Positions 63,324 through 64,000 of a DNA stretch of 64,000 nucleotides are shown piece by piece. Location of the stretch: positions 48,112,001 to 48,176,000 of the forward strand of contig NC_043006.1 in the NCBI RefSeq assembly GCF_006345805.1. Direction: 5' to 3'. A model generated the notes under the pieces. It was given only the letters and a program-made list of their open reading frames with translations, did not search any database and had not been told where the DNA came from. The DNA comes from Octopus sinensis (Eukaryota). Made by a program: the position numbers and the translations under genes. The stretch's first letter is position 1; the number at the start of each line of letters is the position of its first letter.

Positions 63324-63929
63324 AATCAAATTGCGATAAAATAAAAATAATTATAATCGCTGGTATTACTAACACAAGCCATATATTTTTCATATATCAG
63401 TACATTAAGGCGAAATATGTGCTAGGAATACAGAAGCTTGATAAATTAAGTGAAATGAAGATAAAAACATTTACTAAACCGGTAATTCTCAGACTGCAGT
63501 TTCTTTCTTTTCAGCAATAAAGATAATTTATTTGCTCAGGGAGAATTCTTCAGTGAGACCCTGTCTTTCTGGGATCCTAACTCACTAGAAGCATGTGCTT
63601 CTAATGATTTACTCTCCCTAACTAATCATAACACTGCGCAGACTCCGAACGTCCCGACAAAACTAGGGAATTCTGGTATATAGCCTGGCGCTCGTAATTT
63701 ATCGAGAAATATGTAAACAAATCAAATTGCGATAAAATAAAAATAATTATAATCGCTGGTATTACTAACACAAGCCATATATTTTTCATATATCAGTACA
63801 TTAAGGCGAAATATGTGCTAGGAATACAGAAGCTTGATAAATTAAATGAAATGAAGATAAAAACATTTACTAAACCGGTAATTCTCAGACTGCAGTTTCT
63901 TTCTTTTCATCAATAAAGATAATTTATTT
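63324..63929. repeat. 210-bp direct repeat pair separated by a 186-bp spacer
   Basis: 63324-63533 and 63720-63929 show 2 visible substitutions. Confidence 0.93.
63515..63675 (+). CDS. Candidate internal coding exon, product unknown
   Basis: Acceptor GTTTCTTTCTTTTCAG|C, 53 open codons NKDNLFAQGEFFSETLSFWDPNSLEACASNDLLSLTNHNTAQTPNVPTKLGNS, donor TG|GTATAT just before an in-frame stop. No homology recognised. Confidence 0.3.
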
Positions 63930-64000
63930 TTGGATGTGTCGAAACAATTGTTGTGATTAATAATATATTCTCGTATATTCCATCTTCTGTCTTTCATTTG

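Overview
AT-rich eukaryotic genomic DNA made up mostly of microsatellites and decayed transposons. The repeat repertoire looks like a coleoid cephalopod, probably Octopus; this is inference from memory, not a database match. I find no intact protein-coding gene, tRNA/rRNA gene or CRISPR array, and nearly all ORFs in the supplied track are microsatellite translations. Supported features are: (1) many tRNA-derived SINEs of at least three modular types; (2) an internally deleted mariner with both TIRs, a decayed DD36E-type Tc1 element and a TA-flanked MITE; (3) two non-autonomous Helitron-like copies; (4) remnants of at least three R4/Dong-like RLE retrotransposon families lying in microsatellites, plus a CR1/L2-group LINE end; (5) Penelope-like terminal repeats with hammerhead-ribozyme (HHR) motifs. 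The most interesting signal is a near-complete type I hammerhead at 26782-26834, with several degenerate HHR-like cores elsewhere. Also notable are two SINE trimers forming a large inverted repeat at 57.5-59.7 kb, several near-identical local duplications (some possibly assembly artefacts) and one fair candidate exon at 63515-63675. Coordinates were counted by hand, and ends of decayed repeats are approximate.
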